This document shows, piece by piece, positions 51,112 through 59,986 of a stretch of 64,000 bases of DNA. The stretch is from positions 2,900-66,899 of the forward strand of contig JAZQOS010000005.1 in the NCBI GenBank assembly GCA_045627925.1. The letters run 5' to 3'. Both the position numbers and the translations under genes were made by a program. The first letter of the stretch is position 1. Each line of letters starts with the position of its first letter. This DNA is from Kiritimatiellia bacterium. GTDB lineage: Bacteria; Verrucomicrobiota; Kiritimatiellia; RFP12; UBA1067. Under the pieces are notes generated by a model. That model ran no database searches and was not told the origin of the DNA. It saw only the letters and a program-made list of their open reading frames with translations.

Positions 51112-52716
51112 ATGGCCAAGACAATTCAGACTCTCAACATCGGCGCGGCGAACGTCGCGCTCGCGGAGTACGAGCTCGGCGCGAAAGGGGCGGTAAAACT
51201 CCTTAAATACGGCATCGCCGAACTCGCTTCGCCGCTCGACGGCGGCAACGTCGAAACCATTCTCGCGCCCGCCTTGCGTGAAATCATCGGCGCGAAGGGT
51301 TTTAAGCCCGGCAAGCTCGCGCTTGCGATTTCGGGGCAGATGACCTTTCCGAAGTTCGCGTCGATTCCGATGGTCGGCGGCGCGGAGAAGTTTGAACAGC
51401 TCGTTCGTTACGAAATCGAGCAGGGCATTCCCTTCCCGATCGACGAGATGGTCTGCGACCGGCAGGTGCTCGGTGACGCCGAGAACGGCGACAAGTCGGT
51501 GATGATTGTCGCGGCCAAGGTCGATCAGATTGAGGCGATTACCTCGGCATTGATCGGACTCGGCTTCAGCCCCGATGTTGTGGACGTTTCGCCGCTCGCG
51601 ATTACCAACGCGCTTAAGTTCAATCGTCCCGACGAGTCGGAGGCGTGCACCATCGTTCTCGACATTGGCGCGCGCACGACTTCGCTCGTGATCGTCGAGG
51701 GCGATAAGCTCTACAACCGTTCGATTCCGATTGCGGGCAATGCGATTACCAAGGAGATCTCCGGCGCGCTCGGTTGTTCGCTCGAAGAGGCGGAGGCCCT
51801 GAAGCGCGAGAAGGGTTATGTCGCCGAGGGCGGTGTTACCGAGGACGCCGACGAAGTCGTTGATCGCGTCTCCAAGGCGTGCCGGGCGGTGATGACGCGG
51901 CTCCACGCCGAGATTTCCCGGTCGATTAACTTCTATCGCAGCCAGCAGCACGGCAACGCCCCGGTCAAGCTCTATCTTACCGGCGGTAGCGCCCTCTTGC
52001 CGCAAATCGACCAGTTCTTCGCCGGGTCGTTGGGTATCGAAGTCGAATACCTCAATCCTTTTGAAAAGACGGCTTTCGGCGCCATCGACGTTTCCGAGCT
52101 TGAGAATACGAGCCCGATTATCGCCTCGACGGTCGGCCTCGCCTTGCACGTGGCGGGAGCGGCGCGCTTCGCCATCAACCTTCTGCCGCCGTCGATTGTC
52201 GCGGATCGCGCCGAGCGCGCCCGCATTCCGTATCTTGTCGCCGGGGGAGCGATGATTGCGCTCGCGCTTATCGCGGTAATGATGACCTACCGCCGCGAGG
52301 CGACGATCATCGCCGCGCAACGCGACGCGGTGGCGACGACGGTAAGCGCCTTGGGCGCGGTCGATCGCGAAATCACCGCGGCCGCCAAGGAACTCGACGC
52401 GGCCAAGTCCGACGCGACCGCGCTTAAGGACTTGATGCTTTCGCGTTCGGCGACGGTGCAACGGCTCAACGCGGTTCGGGAGGCGCTTTTGCCGGGGATG
52501 TGGATTGAAAAGTGGTCGAGCGACGGCCGAATCACGATTCGCTCGTGGAGCGATCGCGTCAAGGGCGCGAACGGCAAGACCGTTTCCGAAACGGTGGTCG
52601 AGAAGCTCAAAGGCAAGTCCGCGATCGATCCGACGAGCATCAAAATCGTCGAGCAGGTGCGGCTCGGCAAGGGCGGCGAACTCGAACAGTTCACGGTGGA
52701 GGTGAAGCTCAAATGA
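51112..52716 (+). CDS. PilM-PilN fusion protein (actin-like ATPase-fold PilM, TM segment, PilN-like domain; Amuc_1101-type)
   Basis: The PilM pattern runs from LNIGAANVALAEYE to VLDIGARTTSLVIVEGDKLYNRSIPIAGNAITKEISGALGCSLEEAEALKREKG. The PilN signature INLLP follows at about 52174-52188, then the TM IPYLVAGGAMIALALIAVMMTY and a periplasmic domain. Confidence 0.8.
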   Translation: MAKTIQTLNIGAANVALAEYELGAKGAVKLLKYGIAELASPLDGGNVETILAPALREIIGAKGFKPGKLALAISGQMTFPKFASIPMVGGAEKFEQLVRYEIEQGIPFPIDEMVCDRQVLGDAENGDKSVMIVAAKVDQIEAITSALIGLGFSPDVVDVSPLAITNALKFNRPDESEACTIVLDIGARTTSLVIVEGDKLYNRSIPIAGNAITKEISGALGCSLEEAEALKREKGYVAEGGVTEDADEVVDRVSKACRAVMTRLHAEISRSINFYRSQQHGNAPVKLYLTGGSALLPQIDQFFAGSLGIEVEYLNPFEKTAFGAIDVSELENTSPIIASTVGLALHVAGAARFAINLLPPSIVADRAERARIPYLVAGGAMIALALIAVMMTYRREATIIAAQRDAVATTVSALGAVDREITAAAKELDAAKSDATALKDLMLSRSATVQRLNAVREALLPGMWIEKWSSDGRITIRSWSDRVKGANGKTVSETVVEKLKGKSAIDPTSIKIVEQVRLGKGGELEQFTVEVKLK

Positions 52717-53654
52717 CGAAGACGAAAAAACTTCTGGCGATTGTCGGCGGCGCGCTTGCGCTGATCGTCGTTGTCGCCGCTTATCTCGCCTATCGGGCCT
52801 ACGGCGAAAAGGTCGTCGCGCTCGAAGGCGACTACGAAGAGGGTACGGACGGGCTTGAAAATTGCCTTATCAAGGCGGAGCAACTCTCCAAGAAGCCCAT
52901 TTATCCGACGGCCGGCAACGTCAAGGCGCTGAAGACAGCCGCGTCGACGTTCGCGACTTGGCGCGATGAAGCGGAGCGGCTCGTCGCCGCCGGCGATCGC
53001 AAGCTCGAGCCGACCACTCCGGCGGCGTTTAAGGAGTTTTTGCGTCGCGACGCCAAGCGCATCGACGCGGAGTTCGAATATGGGCCCTTTAAGGACTACA
53101 TCAACGGCGGCGCGATGCCCGCCGAAGCGGAGCTCGGCACGTTGCAGCGCCAGTGGGACGACGTCGCTACCGTTGCTGATGCGTTGAAGGGCGCGGGCGT
53201 TGAGAAGTTCGTCTCACTCGCCATCGTCAAGGACGAAGCGGCCGCCAAGCCCGCGACTACGTCCAAGAATCGGAAGCCGGCGAGGAAGAACGCGAAAGCG
53301 GTGGAAAAGCCTACTGCCGTTCCCAAGGCCATGCGTTATGAACTTTCGTTCATCGCGCGGCCGGCGGCGCTCGTCAAGGCGCTTAACGCGCTCGCCGTTG
53401 CCGATCGGTTCGTTGTTGTCGAAAGTCTCAACTTCCAGCATGATCAGGATTCGCTCGCCACTGCCATCGCCGGCGAGAAGAAGACCGAGACGAAGTCGTC
53501 TCGTCGCGCACGTCGCGGAATCGAGGCGACGGCCGAGAGCGAAAAGCCCGCCGGCAATATCAAGGTCGCCGACCCCGTAACGGATCCGCCGTTCACGGTC
53601 AATCTTAAATTCGCCGTTTATGATTTCAATTCGCTGGAGGAGGACGCGAAATGA
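52713..53654 (+). CDS. Amuc_1100-family pilus-associated protein (PilO position)
   Basis: 313 aa. The ATG at 52713 overlaps the upstream stop (ATGA). N-terminal TM. Several blocks resemble the Akkermansia Amuc_1100 sequence as I recall it: EPTTPAAFKEFLRRD vs VPTTPTAFQNELKTF, YELSFIARPAALVKALNALA vs LEIAFQGDRESVLKAMNAIT, and FTVNLKFAVYDFNS vs VQVSLNLVHFNQ. Confidence 0.65.
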   Translation: MTKTKKLLAIVGGALALIVVVAAYLAYRAYGEKVVALEGDYEEGTDGLENCLIKAEQLSKKPIYPTAGNVKALKTAASTFATWRDEAERLVAAGDRKLEPTTPAAFKEFLRRDAKRIDAEFEYGPFKDYINGGAMPAEAELGTLQRQWDDVATVADALKGAGVEKFVSLAIVKDEAAAKPATTSKNRKPARKNAKAVEKPTAVPKAMRYELSFIARPAALVKALNALAVADRFVVVESLNFQHDQDSLATAIAGEKKTETKSSRRARRGIEATAESEKPAGNIKVADPVTDPPFTVNLKFAVYDFNSLEEDAK

Positions 53655-54745
53655 AGCAGCATTACGAATGGCTGGTGGCCGGTCTCGGAGCCTTGGCGCT
53701 AATTGGAGCGCTTGCGTTCTTCGTGCTTGCCGATGCCGCGGATGAGGAAAGCGCGGTCGCTGAGGTGAAGTTGCGCGTCGAGCGGATGAAGCCGGCGAAA
53801 ACCGAAGTAGCGGAAGAGGATATGGCGGATTTCGCCTTTGCGGTCAAGCTCGTCAAAAACCCCGCGTCGCTCGCGACCATCGCCGAGGACAAGGAGAGTT
53901 TCCTCGCGAGCGAAGTGCGCGTGAAGTGCAAAAAATGCCAAAAGGTAATCAGCGGCGATGTGAAGAAGTTTCCGAAGTGCCCTTCGTGCGGCGAGGAACA
54001 GGAAGTGGCCGTGGCCGCGATTCTCGACGCGGACAAGGACGGATTGCCCGACGACTGGGAGCGGAAATACGGTTTGAATCCGGCGAACGCTGCGGATGCC
54101 GACGAGGATAAGGACGGCGACGGCTTTACCAATCTCGAGGAATACGAGGCGAAAACCGATCCGACGGACGCAAAGAGCCACCCCGACTATCTCGATTCGC
54201 TCGCGATTACCCTCCCGCTCAAGGAGACGTATGTGCCGTTCGTGTTCCGCGAAGCACAGCAGATTCCCGCCGGTTGGCGACTCAAATTCTTCGATCCCGA
54301 CAAGCTCAACGGCTTCGGCAAGAAGGGCGTTTTGCTGATGGCGCTCGTCGGCGAGGAGATCGCCGATTCCGACAAGACCTACAAGTCGGGCTACGTCGTC
54401 AAGAACTACGAGGCCAAGACTGCGCGAGTTCCGGTTCCGGGCGCGGAGGGTCTTACGCGAGTCGCGGACGTTTCGGAGGCCACGCTGGAGCGCATCCAGG
54501 ATCACAAGATCGTCAAGTTGGTCGCCCAACCGAGCGGCAAGAACAAAACTCCGATCGACGTGCAGGCAACCTTGACCTACACGCGCGGAGAGGTTAAGAC
54601 CTTTGAGGTAATCCCCGGCTCGGAAATCGACCTTAATGGTGAGCGCTATCGGGTGCTGGCAGTAAATCCGGTCGGCGACCAGGCCGAAGTCACGTTGGAG
54701 GCAATCGCCTCCGGCAAGAAGCGTACGCTTAAAACCCTTGAATAA
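53651..54745 (+). CDS. membrane-anchored protein with a 4-Cys zinc-ribbon and TSP3-like DxDxDG repeats (Amuc_1099 position)
   Basis: 364 aa. TM WLVAGLGALALIGALAFFVL. CKKCQKVISGDVKKFPKCPSCG. DADKDGLPDDWERKYGLNPANAADADEDKDGDGFTNLEEYEAKTDPTD. ATGA overlap upstream. Confidence 0.75.
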   Translation: MKQHYEWLVAGLGALALIGALAFFVLADAADEESAVAEVKLRVERMKPAKTEVAEEDMADFAFAVKLVKNPASLATIAEDKESFLASEVRVKCKKCQKVISGDVKKFPKCPSCGEEQEVAVAAILDADKDGLPDDWERKYGLNPANAADADEDKDGDGFTNLEEYEAKTDPTDAKSHPDYLDSLAITLPLKETYVPFVFREAQQIPAGWRLKFFDPDKLNGFGKKGVLLMALVGEEIADSDKTYKSGYVVKNYEAKTARVPVPGAEGLTRVADVSEATLERIQDHKIVKLVAQPSGKNKTPIDVQATLTYTRGEVKTFEVIPGSEIDLNGERYRVLAVNPVGDQAEVTLEAIASGKKRTLKTLE

Positions 54746-54797
54746 CGAAACAATAAAGAGTATAATTGTTTTTGAAAATAAGGAGTAGGTGGTCAAT

Positions 54798-57700
54798 ATG
54801 ACGAACATCAGGAAAATTGTCGCCATTGGCGCAGTTGCGGGTGCAATCGCCGTTCCGCAGTGCACTTTCGCGCAGGACGATCTCGACGATCTATTGAAGG
54901 ATCTTGCCGAGCCGGTTGCAGCTCCGGTTGAGACTCCGGCGGCTGCGCCAGTCGCCGAGCCTGAACCCGAGCCGGTCGCTGAACCCGAACCCGCGCCAGT
55001 CGCGGAACCTGAATCCGCGCCGGTCGTTGAGCCTGCTCCGGTCGTTGTTCCGGAACCCGCTCCGGTCGTTGAGCCAACGCCAACTCCTGCGCCGGCTCCG
55101 AAAGTGGCGAGCGACCAGAAAGTCGACGATGTTTTGGGCCTTTTGGACGAATTGGCGAACGAGAGCGGCGAAGCGCCGGTTGCCGCCAATGGAAATGCAC
55201 CGGCTGTCGCCGGCGAGGTGCCCACCACCACCGAGGCGCCCAAGGCGGCGACTCCGACGCTCTCCGAAGATTCGGCGATCGTCGCCGAACTCGCGGCCAC
55301 CGAGCGGTTGCGTCGAGGAGCTCTCGACGCCCAGGCAAAGCGCGAAATCGCTGAGGCGCGAGCGGCGATGGAGAACGAGGAATTCACCGACGCGGTTCGC
55401 CACTATGGTATCGCCGCCAAGCTTTTGAACGACCGCCCCGCGATGAAGAAGTTGCGTCGTGAGTGCGATCAGGGTATCGCCGAGGGGCTTTATCGCTCGG
55501 CTTTGCAAGAAGACGAGTACGGTCGTCGCGATCGCGCGGTCAAGTTGATGGAAAAAGCCGTCGATATGCGCCACCCGAAGGCGCGCGCGATTTTGGAGGA
55601 TTGGCTCGAAGAGGGCGATCCCGCCGCGAACAAGGTCGATGTCAGCGAGCTTAAGCATCGCAAGAACGACTCGGACTACAAGACCGATCGCGACAGCATC
55701 GCCAAGCACCTTCGCCGTTCCCGCCAGTATTTGGCGCTTCGGGATATGAAGAAGGCGCTCGAAGAGGCGGAAATCGTGCTCGTCAGCGACCCTGCAAATC
55801 AGGAGGCTATTCGGCTTAAAAGGACGATTGAGCGCAAGCGCCAGACCATTTTGAAGCAGGAGCGCGAAGCGGCTCGCGAGGGCATGATTGCCGACGTCGA
55901 CGAGGCGTGGAGGCCGGTCTACGCGGTTAACGCCGCCCAGCTTCGCGAAGTCGATTCCGAGACTCGCAAGGTCGCGCTCGGAGCCGATCCGGAGAGGTCG
56001 CAGGAGCAGGAGATTATCCGTCGGATGAAGGAGATGCGCCTGCCGAATATTTCGTTCAAGCCGCCGGCGACCATCGTCGAGGCGGTGGACTCGTTCCGCC
56101 AGATGTCGAAGGACTACGATCGTCCGGATCTGCCGCCGGAGAAGCGTGGCTTTAACTTCGTGTTGCGCACTCCCCAGCCGGTTACCGTTACGCGGGGCGA
56201 GGAGAGCGAGGGCTTTGGCGGAGACGCCGAGGCGCCTTCCACGGGTCTCGCGGTAATTACTACGCTCGCCGCGAGCGATATCTCGTTCTACGACGCGTTG
56301 AAGCTCGTTTGCGATACGGTCGACTACAAGTTCGTCGTGAACGGTTCGGTGGTGATGGTGATGGCGAAGGGTGAGGCGAGTTCCGACATGGTCTCGCGCC
56401 AGTACGACGTTCAGGACGTTCTTTCCGAGCACGTCGCTTCCGCCGCCGAGGAACTTAACTCGGGCAAGGGCGGCAATCGCTTCGGCGCCAACAACCGCGC
56501 GAGCGCGAAGGACGACGAAGAGCAGCGCGATTGGAAGAACGTCTTTACCCAGCTCGGCGTCAATTGGCCGGAAGGTTCGTCGATCGTCCACATCAAGGCG
56601 CTCGGCAAGCTCTTCGTTCACAACACGCTGGAAAACCTCGCGCAGTTCGAGAAGGTTTTGGAAGCGCTCGACGCCCAGCCGAAGATGATCGAAATCGAGA
56701 CTCGCTTCGTCGAAGTTGCTCAAGAAGACCTCAACTCGCTCGGCTTCGAGTGGATTTTGAATGGTGATTACGGAATCAACCTCGGTAGCGGTCTTGCCAA
56801 GGCCCTGAACATTTCGAAAGGACACTTCCCGGCTTTACAATCTGGTGGTCCGGTAACAACCACGACGTCAACCAAAACCACGACATCTAGTCCGATTGAC
56901 GGACTGATGAATCAGAATTACTCTACTGTCACTAGTTACGAGACTTCAACCGTCGATCCGAATGCCAATTATGGACGGTGGATGAAGGGCTCGAACCCAG
57001 TATGGCAGGAGCGTCACTTGGGTATCAATGCCTTTGGAGGCTCCAGCGATTACGGCAACGGCAATCGCTATCTCTCGACGATGAGCAACCACATCTCGGG
57101 CGAGGGACGTTCGACCAACGATCAGTTTATGCGGGTTAACGCGTTCCTCGGCAGCGCCGACCTTTCGATGATTCTCCACATGCTCTCGCAGCGCAGTGAC
57201 ACTGACCTTTTGTCGGCGCCGAAGATTGTGACGAGCAACGGCCAGCAAGCGACCATCAAGGTCGTTACCGAATTCCTCTATCCGAAGGACTACGACGTTC
57301 AGCTCCAGTCTTCGAACTCCAATAGCGGCGGTTACGGTGGTAGTTCGCAGTCGTCGATTCTCGCGATTGTCGAACCGCAGAACTTTGAAATGCGTGAAGT
57401 TGGCGTTATTCTCGATGTCACGCCTTCCTACATCCAGAGCGGTAACGTGATCGAGCTCGAACTCAAGCCGCAGGTTGTCGACGAGCCGACTTGGAAGAAC
57501 TACGGCATGAAGATTCCGTTTACCGGCAATAGCTCGCTCCAGAACTTCGAGGGTATCGGCGGCATCTTCGAGGGTCTCGCCCAGTCGATTACCGCGGTCG
57601 GCGGTGGTATCAGTGATGAACTTAAGAGTTGGATTATTACGACCGAGACGGATGCGGCGAAGCAGGCGCTCGACAATTTGACCAAGTCGCAGTCGGACAA

Positions 57701-58025
57701 TATGACCTACTACGACGCGCCGATGGAACAGCCGTTCTTCCACGTCCGCTCGATCGACACCAAGGTCTACATTACCCCGGGTTCGACGGTGGTCTTGGGC
57801 GGCCTTATCACCGAGCAGCGCAAGGCGATGGACGACAAGGTTCCGTTCCTTGGAGATTTGCCGTTCATCGGCCGGCTATTCCGTAGCCACGCCGAGCAGA
57901 CGATCAAGCGTAACTTGCTGATCTTCGTAACCGGCCGCCTCATTAAGCCGACCGGACGCGAGTATCGTCCGGGCGACGAAGCCGCCGACGAGGCCGAGGT
58001 CAAGGCCGCGCCGACGGTCGAATAA
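54798..58025 (+). CDS. type II/IV secretin family outer-membrane channel (Amuc_1098-type), 1075 aa
   Basis: C-terminal secretin domain from IEIETRFVEVAQEDLNSLGF to LLSAPKIVTSNGQQATIKV and on to VPFLGDLPFIGRLFRS. Signal peptide. Pro/Ala/Glu/Val-rich spacer and a helical TPR-like N-terminal region. ATG at 54798; a GTG at 54789 is possible. Confidence 0.88.
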   Translation: MTNIRKIVAIGAVAGAIAVPQCTFAQDDLDDLLKDLAEPVAAPVETPAAAPVAEPEPEPVAEPEPAPVAEPESAPVVEPAPVVVPEPAPVVEPTPTPAPAPKVASDQKVDDVLGLLDELANESGEAPVAANGNAPAVAGEVPTTTEAPKAATPTLSEDSAIVAELAATERLRRGALDAQAKREIAEARAAMENEEFTDAVRHYGIAAKLLNDRPAMKKLRRECDQGIAEGLYRSALQEDEYGRRDRAVKLMEKAVDMRHPKARAILEDWLEEGDPAANKVDVSELKHRKNDSDYKTDRDSIAKHLRRSRQYLALRDMKKALEEAEIVLVSDPANQEAIRLKRTIERKRQTILKQEREAAREGMIADVDEAWRPVYAVNAAQLREVDSETRKVALGADPERSQEQEIIRRMKEMRLPNISFKPPATIVEAVDSFRQMSKDYDRPDLPPEKRGFNFVLRTPQPVTVTRGEESEGFGGDAEAPSTGLAVITTLAASDISFYDALKLVCDTVDYKFVVNGSVVMVMAKGEASSDMVSRQYDVQDVLSEHVASAAEELNSGKGGNRFGANNRASAKDDEEQRDWKNVFTQLGVNWPEGSSIVHIKALGKLFVHNTLENLAQFEKVLEALDAQPKMIEIETRFVEVAQEDLNSLGFEWILNGDYGINLGSGLAKALNISKGHFPALQSGGPVTTTTSTKTTTSSPIDGLMNQNYSTVTSYETSTVDPNANYGRWMKGSNPVWQERHLGINAFGGSSDYGNGNRYLSTMSNHISGEGRSTNDQFMRVNAFLGSADLSMILHMLSQRSDTDLLSAPKIVTSNGQQATIKVVTEFLYPKDYDVQLQSSNSNSGGYGGSSQSSILAIVEPQNFEMREVGVILDVTPSYIQSGNVIELELKPQVVDEPTWKNYGMKIPFTGNSSLQNFEGIGGIFEGLAQSITAVGGGISDELKSWIITTETDAAKQALDNLTKSQSDNMTYYDAPMEQPFFHVRSIDTKVYITPGSTVVLGGLITEQRKAMDDKVPFLGDLPFIGRLFRSHAEQTIKRNLLIFVTGRLIKPTGREYRPGDEAADEAEVKAAPTVE
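54909..55100 (+). repeat. degenerate tandem Pro/Ala/Glu/Val-coding repeats in the secretin N-terminus
   Basis: EPVAAPVETPAAAPVAEPEPEPVAEPEPAPVAEPESAPVVEPAPVVVPEPAPVVEPTPTPAPAP. At the DNA level these are iterated gaacc(c/t)ga(a/g)cc(c/g)g(c/t)gcc(a/g)gtcg units. Confidence 0.8.
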
Positions 58026-58031
58026 CTTTTG

Positions 58032-58535
58032 ATGAAAAAAATCTGTCTCACGGGAGGGATTGCCTGCGGCAAATCCCTCCTTTGTCAATACTTGAACGAG
58101 CTCGGCGTCGCCACGCTCGATGCGGATGATATTGTTCACGAGCTAATCAGCGACGAAGAGCGCGCCAAGTTGCGAAAAACGGTCTTCACGAATCCCGCCG
58201 CTCGCCGTGAGCTGGAGGCGCGAATCCATCCGCTCGTCAAATCGCGGCTGATGGCGGAGCCGGAGAAGCTGCACGTAATTCCGCTACTTTTCGAGGTCGG
58301 TTGGCAGGGAGAATATGATATAATATGCGCTGTCGTCTCCGATCGGGAGAAGCAACTCGAACGGATGATGAACGGTCGCGGTTATAGCCGCGAGGACGCC
58401 GAAGCGCGGCTTAGGGCGCAAATGCCCGTGGCCGACAAGGCGAAAAAATCCCACTACGTAATCGAAAACAACGGCTCCCCGGAGGAGTTGCGCAAGGAAG
58501 CGGAGAAATTGGTATCATGGCTGAAGAAGAATTAG
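58032..58535 (+). CDS. coaE: dephospho-CoA kinase
   Basis: [39 protein letters not shown] (P-loop GGIxxGKS plus the DAD motif). The ORF-track start at 58029 is a TTG one codon upstream. Confidence 0.88.
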   Translation: MKKICLTGGIACGKSLLCQYLNELGVATLDADDIVHELISDEERAKLRKTVFTNPAARRELEARIHPLVKSRLMAEPEKLHVIPLLFEVGWQGEYDIICAVVSDREKQLERMMNGRGYSREDAEARLRAQMPVADKAKKSHYVIENNGSPEELRKEAEKLVSWLKKN

Positions 58536-59986
58536 ACGTATTCGCCGATTCGATGAAGAAGAAATTCGTCCCGCGTCGTAAATCGTTCGCCAAGCGGCCG
58601 GCGCCGGTTGGTGGCGGAGTGGAGTCGGTGAATCCGCTTTTGAACGCGCCGCTTCCGACGGAACGTCCCGCGGAAAACGCGGACGAGGCCGCCAACCCGC
58701 GTCGCAATCCCGAGCTCGAGGAATATCGGCTTGCCGACATCCAGACTTGGCCGGCGCCGCTCATCGTCGAGCGGATGATGCCGGGAGCGGATCCGGAGGA
58801 ACTCGGCAGCTACCGCAAGCACGAACTCATTTTTGCCGCCATTCGTTCCTATCTCGCGCGCGGCGGCTCGGTAATCGCGTCGGGGTGTTTGGAAATCGTA
58901 CGCGAAGGTCACGGGTTTTTGCGCTCGGCGAAAAACAACTTCCTCGCCTGCCCTGAGGACGTGTTCGTTACTTTGCAACAGATTCGTCGCCATGCGCTCC
59001 GCACGGGCGACATCATCGAAGGACCGATTCGCGATCCGCGTGACCGCGATCGCTACTTCTGCCTCGGCAACGTCAATCTCGTTAACGGCAAGGAGCCGTC
59101 GGTAGCGGCGCGCGTCGTCCACTTCGAGAACCTGACCGCAACCTTCCCGACCCGTCGAATCATTCTCGAAACCGACGCGAAGGAGTATTCGACGCGCGTC
59201 ATCGACCTCTTTACGCCGATTGGCTTCGGCCAGCGAGGGCTTATCATCGCGCCGCCGCGAGTCGGCAAGACCGTCCTCTTGCAGAAGATGGCGAACGCCA
59301 TAACCGCCAACCATCCGGACGCGATGCTCATCATCCTCTTGATCGACGAGCGGCCGGAGGAAGTCACGGATATGCAACGCAACACCAAGGCGATGGTACT
59401 TTCCTCGACTTTCGACGAAGAGCCGCAACACCACGTCAACGTCGCCGAGATGGTAATCGAAATGTCCAAGCGACAGGTGGAGAACGGACGCGACGTCGTT
59501 ATTCTCCTCGATTCCATTACCCGTATGGCGCGCGCCTACAATACCGTCCAGCCCCATTCGGGAAAGATTCTGACCGGCGGCGTGGACGCGCTCGCGATGC
59601 ACCGTCCGAAGCGCTTCTTCGGAGCGGCGCGCAACATCGAAGGCGGCGGTTCGCTGACCATTATCGCGACCGGTCTCGTCGATACGGGTAGCCGCATGGA
59701 CGAAGTCATCTTCGAGGAGTTCAAGGGCACGGGCAACATGGAAATCGTGCTCGACCGCGCGCTCGCCGACAAGCGAATCTTTCCGGCGATCGACATCGAC
59801 AAGTCGGGTACGCGCAAGGAAGACCTCTTGCTCGATCCCGTGGAATTGGAGAAGACCTGGGGAATGCGCCGAATTCTCTCGGCGGCGGGTTCGGAGAGCG
59901 CGATGAAGAGCGTTCTCAATTCGCTCAAAAAGACGAAGTCGAATCCCGAATTCCTCCTGGCGCTGGATCTCAAGAACTTGCAGTGA
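58517..59986 (+). CDS. rho: transcription termination factor Rho with a ~70-aa N-terminal extension
   Basis: Walker [76 protein letters not shown]. Overlaps coaE by 19 nt; the ATG at 58553 is an alternative start. Confidence 0.92.
   Translation: MAEEELDVFADSMKKKFVPRRKSFAKRPAPVGGGVESVNPLLNAPLPTERPAENADEAANPRRNPELEEYRLADIQTWPAPLIVERMMPGADPEELGSYRKHELIFAAIRSYLARGGSVIASGCLEIVREGHGFLRSAKNNFLACPEDVFVTLQQIRRHALRTGDIIEGPIRDPRDRDRYFCLGNVNLVNGKEPSVAARVVHFENLTATFPTRRIILETDAKEYSTRVIDLFTPIGFGQRGLIIAPPRVGKTVLLQKMANAITANHPDAMLIILLIDERPEEVTDMQRNTKAMVLSSTFDEEPQHHVNVAEMVIEMSKRQVENGRDVVILLDSITRMARAYNTVQPHSGKILTGGVDALAMHRPKRFFGAARNIEGGGSLTIIATGLVDTGSRMDEVIFEEFKGTGNMEIVLDRALADKRIFPAIDIDKSGTRKEDLLLDPVELEKTWGMRRILSAAGSESAMKSVLNSLKKTKSNPEFLLALDLKNLQ

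Noticed and set aside
54909-55100. Short iterated units that might suggest a CRISPR array or a VNTR
   Set aside because: The units are degenerate and in frame. They encode a Pro/Ala/Glu/Val linker inside the secretin gene. There is no repeat-spacer architecture and there are no cas genes.
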